From: Pseudomonadota bacterium
GTDB taxonomy: Bacteria; Pseudomonadota; Alphaproteobacteria; Rhodospirillales; Casp-alpha2
Reading direction: 5' to 3'
DNA length: 64,000 nt
Assembly (NCBI GenBank): GCA_036337015.1
Contig: JAYZEZ010000007.1
Location: 553,413-617,412 of the forward strand
Part shown: piece by piece, positions 61,271-64,000 of the stretch
Numbering within the stretch: the first letter of the stretch is position 1
Layout of the letters: each line of letters starts with the position of its first letter
Position numbers and translations under genes: made by a program
The notes under the pieces: generated by a model
Database searches by the model: none
What the model was told of the DNA's origin: nothing
Seen by the model: only the letters and a program-made list of their open reading frames with translations

Positions 61271-63160
61271 CTATTGTCCTGGTTCGGTAAAACTGGTTTT
61301 TATAGTGCGCATTACTGGATATAAGAAGTAGGTAATCAATCGACGCTTACCTGCACGAATATCCCCATTCAAGAGCATCCCTGGAACTAACGAAAAGTTT
61401 CCTGGAAGGTCTCTTAGCTCATTTGATGCCATTGTGGATCTCGCGCGATAAAAAGTGCCCTTTGAACCATCAAGTCCTGTATCGACCGTATCTTTTGAAA
61501 TAAATGAAATCTCTCCTAAAATCTCCCCATGCTTCTGATACGGCAAAGCATCAAGCTTAACTGAAACCTTTGCCCCAAGCATAAGATTTCCTATGTTTTT
61601 AGGGTCAATGTCGAGTTCTACAGTCAAAGGAACATCTGAAGGAACTAGAGACATGATCGTATCTCCTTCCCTGACAAGGGCGCCAACGAAAAGGTTTTGC
61701 ATATCCATAATTACGCCATCGGCGGGAGCAAGAATTTTAACGTTCTCTTTGCGCCGACGAAGCTTGACCAGATCTTCTTTCATAGAGTCTCTTTCATTTG
61801 AAGACTGAGATAGCTCAATACCAATTTTAGAAAACCAACCACTAACAAAATTCTGCTTATCGGCACGCAAAGATTCAAGTTCACTCTTAAGATTTCTGAC
61901 AGAGCTATTTAACTTACTGTATTCACGTTGAACAGATAAACGAGTGTTTTTCGCCTGTAGCATATTTAAGCGAGATCCAACATTCCTTTTAAAAAGATCT
62001 CTACGTGCGTTTTCTATATCCTTTTGAATTTTAAGCTGTTCTTTTGCCAGCCCAATATCCATTGAAGTCGATGTTAATTTTAACTCAAGACTTTTCATAT
62101 CAAGATTAAAGGATGCAATTTTTGAGGTGTATTCTTTTTGGCGATTTATAAAAACCTTTTCCTGAAGTTGATCTCTAATGGTTTTGGGATCAAAACCTTT
62201 TACTGTATCCATCTCCGCTTCAAGTCTACGGATTTTGGCCTCTAAAAGCCTAAATTCCATTTCTGACCGCTTTAGGTCCGCTTCAGCATAGGTTTCATCA
62301 AGGGTCACTATTACATCACCCTTTTTAACTCTTTGTCCAATTGAAACCTCAATGCTTTCTACAACAGAATTATCTGTAGCTTGCACCTCAATAGTGGGTA
62401 CAGTGGTCGATAATCGACCACGGGCGGAAAGCGTTGTATCAATCACAGAAAAAGATGCCCAAGCTACGAAAGAGCCTAAAAGAAATATGATTGTAAGAAC
62501 GGTGTTTCTTACTATCGGAGGCAAACTACTTTTTTCCGTTGCCACACTTGCTGACTGGTATTCATCAATAATATGTTCCGCATCAGACAATTCTGATGAT
62601 TCAAAAATATTACTAAAACGCCTCCATATTGATCGAAGGGTGTTGGGAATATCTAAACGTCCATTTTCATGACGCTGTAAAATTTTATTACTATCTAAAG
62701 TTTCTTCTATATCTAAAGAATTATCATCTTTAATTTCTTCTTCTTTTTTATCAAAAACACTACCTTCGATATTTTTATTGGTAGTACGCGCATAATTAGC
62801 TAGCCGGTACATCATATTCATTGCAACATCGGGTGACTTTTTTATGTGAGCCATAAAAGCAGTCTCATCAATTTCCCGAACGATGATATCTGTTACAGCT
62901 CTAGCAGAAGCAGAGCGCACAGATTTATCAATGAGAGCCATTTCACCAAAAAGGGTGTTTTCTTTAATGTCTACAAGCTTAATAATTTCCCCTTGAGAAA
63001 TCTTACATATCTCTGCTTCACCAGAAAGAAGCACATAAGCAAATTCACCTACATCACCTTCTTCAAATACAAATTCTCCAGCAGCGAAACTGCGTTCATT
63101 CTGACCGTGACCGCTTTTTTTTGCATTATTTGGATTATTCTGGTTTTCACCCTGTGTCAT
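61271..63160 (-). CDS. HlyD-family type I secretion adaptor with N-terminal cyclic-nucleotide-binding domain
   Basis: aa ~25-135 form a cNMP-binding fold with the phosphate-binding cassette FGEMALIDKSVRSASARA. A single TM segment (VLTIIFLLGSFVAWASFSVI) follows. Then comes the HlyD barrel-sandwich/coiled-coil region, ending in the typical RLITYFLYP tail. Confidence 0.88.
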   Translation of the reverse strand: MTQGENQNNPNNAKKSGHGQNERSFAAGEFVFEEGDVGEFAYVLLSGEAEICKISQGEIIKLVDIKENTLFGEMALIDKSVRSASARAVTDIIVREIDETAFMAHIKKSPDVAMNMMYRLANYARTTNKNIEGSVFDKKEEEIKDDNSLDIEETLDSNKILQRHENGRLDIPNTLRSIWRRFSNIFESSELSDAEHIIDEYQSASVATEKSSLPPIVRNTVLTIIFLLGSFVAWASFSVIDTTLSARGRLSTTVPTIEVQATDNSVVESIEVSIGQRVKKGDVIVTLDETYAEADLKRSEMEFRLLEAKIRRLEAEMDTVKGFDPKTIRDQLQEKVFINRQKEYTSKIASFNLDMKSLELKLTSTSMDIGLAKEQLKIQKDIENARRDLFKRNVGSRLNMLQAKNTRLSVQREYSKLNSSVRNLKSELESLRADKQNFVSGWFSKIGIELSQSSNERDSMKEDLVKLRRRKENVKILAPADGVIMDMQNLFVGALVREGDTIMSLVPSDVPLTVELDIDPKNIGNLMLGAKVSVKLDALPYQKHGEILGEISFISKDTVDTGLDGSKGTFYRARSTMASNELRDLPGNFSLVPGMLLNGDIRAGKRRLITYFLYPVMRTIKTSFTEPGQ

Positions 63161-63165
63161 ACCAA

Positions 63166-64000
63166 TTAAGCAACCTGTTCTTTAGGTGAAGTTGAGAGCT
63201 TGGGATCAACTAGAGCTCTTTCCATTTGATAAAGCCTTTGGTAAAGGCCCTCTTGAGCTACTAATTCATCATGGGCTCCAGATTGAACAACTTTACCTTT
63301 ATCCATAACTAGTATGAGGTCGGAATTTGCAACTTTGGAAACATAATTAGAAATTAGGATTAAGGTTCTTCCGCGATTAATGTCATCCATCCTCTCCCTA
63401 AGTGCAAGCTCACTTTCCATATCAAAGCCAGCAACTGCATCATCTAAAATAAGAATTTTTGGATTACGAATTAATGCCCTTGCTATAGCAATTTTTTGGC
63501 GGATAACCTCGGTAATATTTAAACCACCTTCCTCAAGAAGAGTTTCATATCCGTCAGACATTTGTTCCACATCCTCATGTAAGCCAACCATTTTAGAGGC
63601 CCATAAAACTCTCGCCATTGCAGCGTTTGGAGATGGTTTTAAAATATTTTCCCGTATTGTTGCTTTAAAAAAACTCGAGTCTTGGCTTACCGCAGCTACA
63701 TTTATCCTTAGATGGCCCAAATCTAATGAACGTATGTCTTGATCATCAATAGTAATAGTGCCTTCATCTGCCTTAAGTAATCCTTGAATATGACGTGCTA
63801 AGGTGCTTTGCCCAGAACCTGATTGACCAACAATACCAACTCTTTGTCGAGCCTGAATCTTAAAAGAAACTCTATCTAAAGCTAATGGCCCATCTTCATA
63901 TTTAAAACTCACATCTTTAAACTCTATACTGCCAAATATATCTGTAACCAAGCCTCTGCGAACGCTTTCTCCGCGAGAGTTCATAACAGGGCTTAAGGAA
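63166..64000 (-). CDS. ABC exporter (type I secretion/HlyB-like), C-terminal NBD only; 5' end outside window; catalytic motifs degenerate
   Basis: The frame stays open to the window edge. The NBD fold aligns to HlyB/MsbA, but Walker A is GQSGSGQST, the signature is LNITEV, Walker B is ILILDDA and the H-loop is ISNYVS. The stop lies 5 nt before the HlyD-like start. Confidence 0.85.
   Translation of the reverse strand, partial: SLSPVMNSRGESVRRGLVTDIFGSIEFKDVSFKYEDGPLALDRVSFKIQARQRVGIVGQSGSGQSTLARHIQGLLKADEGTITIDDQDIRSLDLGHLRINVAAVSQDSSFFKATIRENILKPSPNAAMARVLWASKMVGLHEDVEQMSDGYETLLEEGGLNITEVIRQKIAIARALIRNPKILILDDAVAGFDMESELALRERMDDINRGRTLILISNYVSKVANSDLILVMDKGKVVQSGAHDELVAQEGLYQRLYQMERALVDPKLSTSPKEQVA

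Noticed and set aside
1-64000. CRISPR arrays, IS elements/transposases, rRNA genes, prophage genes
   Set aside because: I read both strands and the ORF track. I found no regularly spaced repeats, no DDE or serine/tyrosine recombinase-like ORFs and no rRNA-like sequence.

Overview
AT-rich, gene-dense chromosomal segment with about 55 protein genes, one tRNA, one riboswitch and mostly very short intergenic gaps. It reads as core genome of a free-living alphaproteobacterium. Lineage markers are class I LysRS, GcrA, plant-type glutamate-cysteine ligase, a SAM-II (metA-type) riboswitch, DUF1244 and MutL with an endonuclease motif. Left to right: pgi (3' part)-mutL, rsmD, a pseudouridine synthase, tadA, two conserved unknowns, purD, xseA and an M23 peptidase. 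Then a lipid A/Kdo block (lpxL-like, lpxK, waaA, DUF374, msbA-like), pmbA-metZ, tldD, gshA and rsmE. Then a divergent pair of TPR-fused enzymes (SAM methyltransferase and a 2OG-oxygenase-like protein), ubiA, a GAF/HD-GYP protein, ubiD, class I lysyl-tRNA synthetase, methylmalonyl-CoA mutase, gcrA, a PagL-like deacylase, tRNA-Arg(CCT), an orphan ORF and an HtrA-like protease. Next comes a small acyl-CoA/2-hydroxyacid module: enoyl-CoA hydratase and family III CoA-transferase, divergent from a YdiJ-like FAD/Fe-S oxidoreductase plus a GntR regulator. Then the complete thrS-infC-rpmI-rplT-pheS-pheT block, LPS-core-type glycosyltransferases, polA, an ABC ATPase, a lipoprotein hydrolase, and a type-I-secretion-like pair at the right edge. 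I see no transposase, integrase, phage gene, CRISPR array or rRNA. The most unusual signals are (1) an HlyD-type adaptor with an N-terminal cyclic-nucleotide-binding domain, co-transcribed with an ABC exporter whose ATPase domain has every catalytic motif substituted, (2) a perfect 40-bp palindrome in the divergent promoter region of the CoA/YdiJ module, and (3) the divergent TPR-methyltransferase/TPR-oxygenase pair. All functional calls come from reading motifs by eye in the supplied translations. No database search was run.
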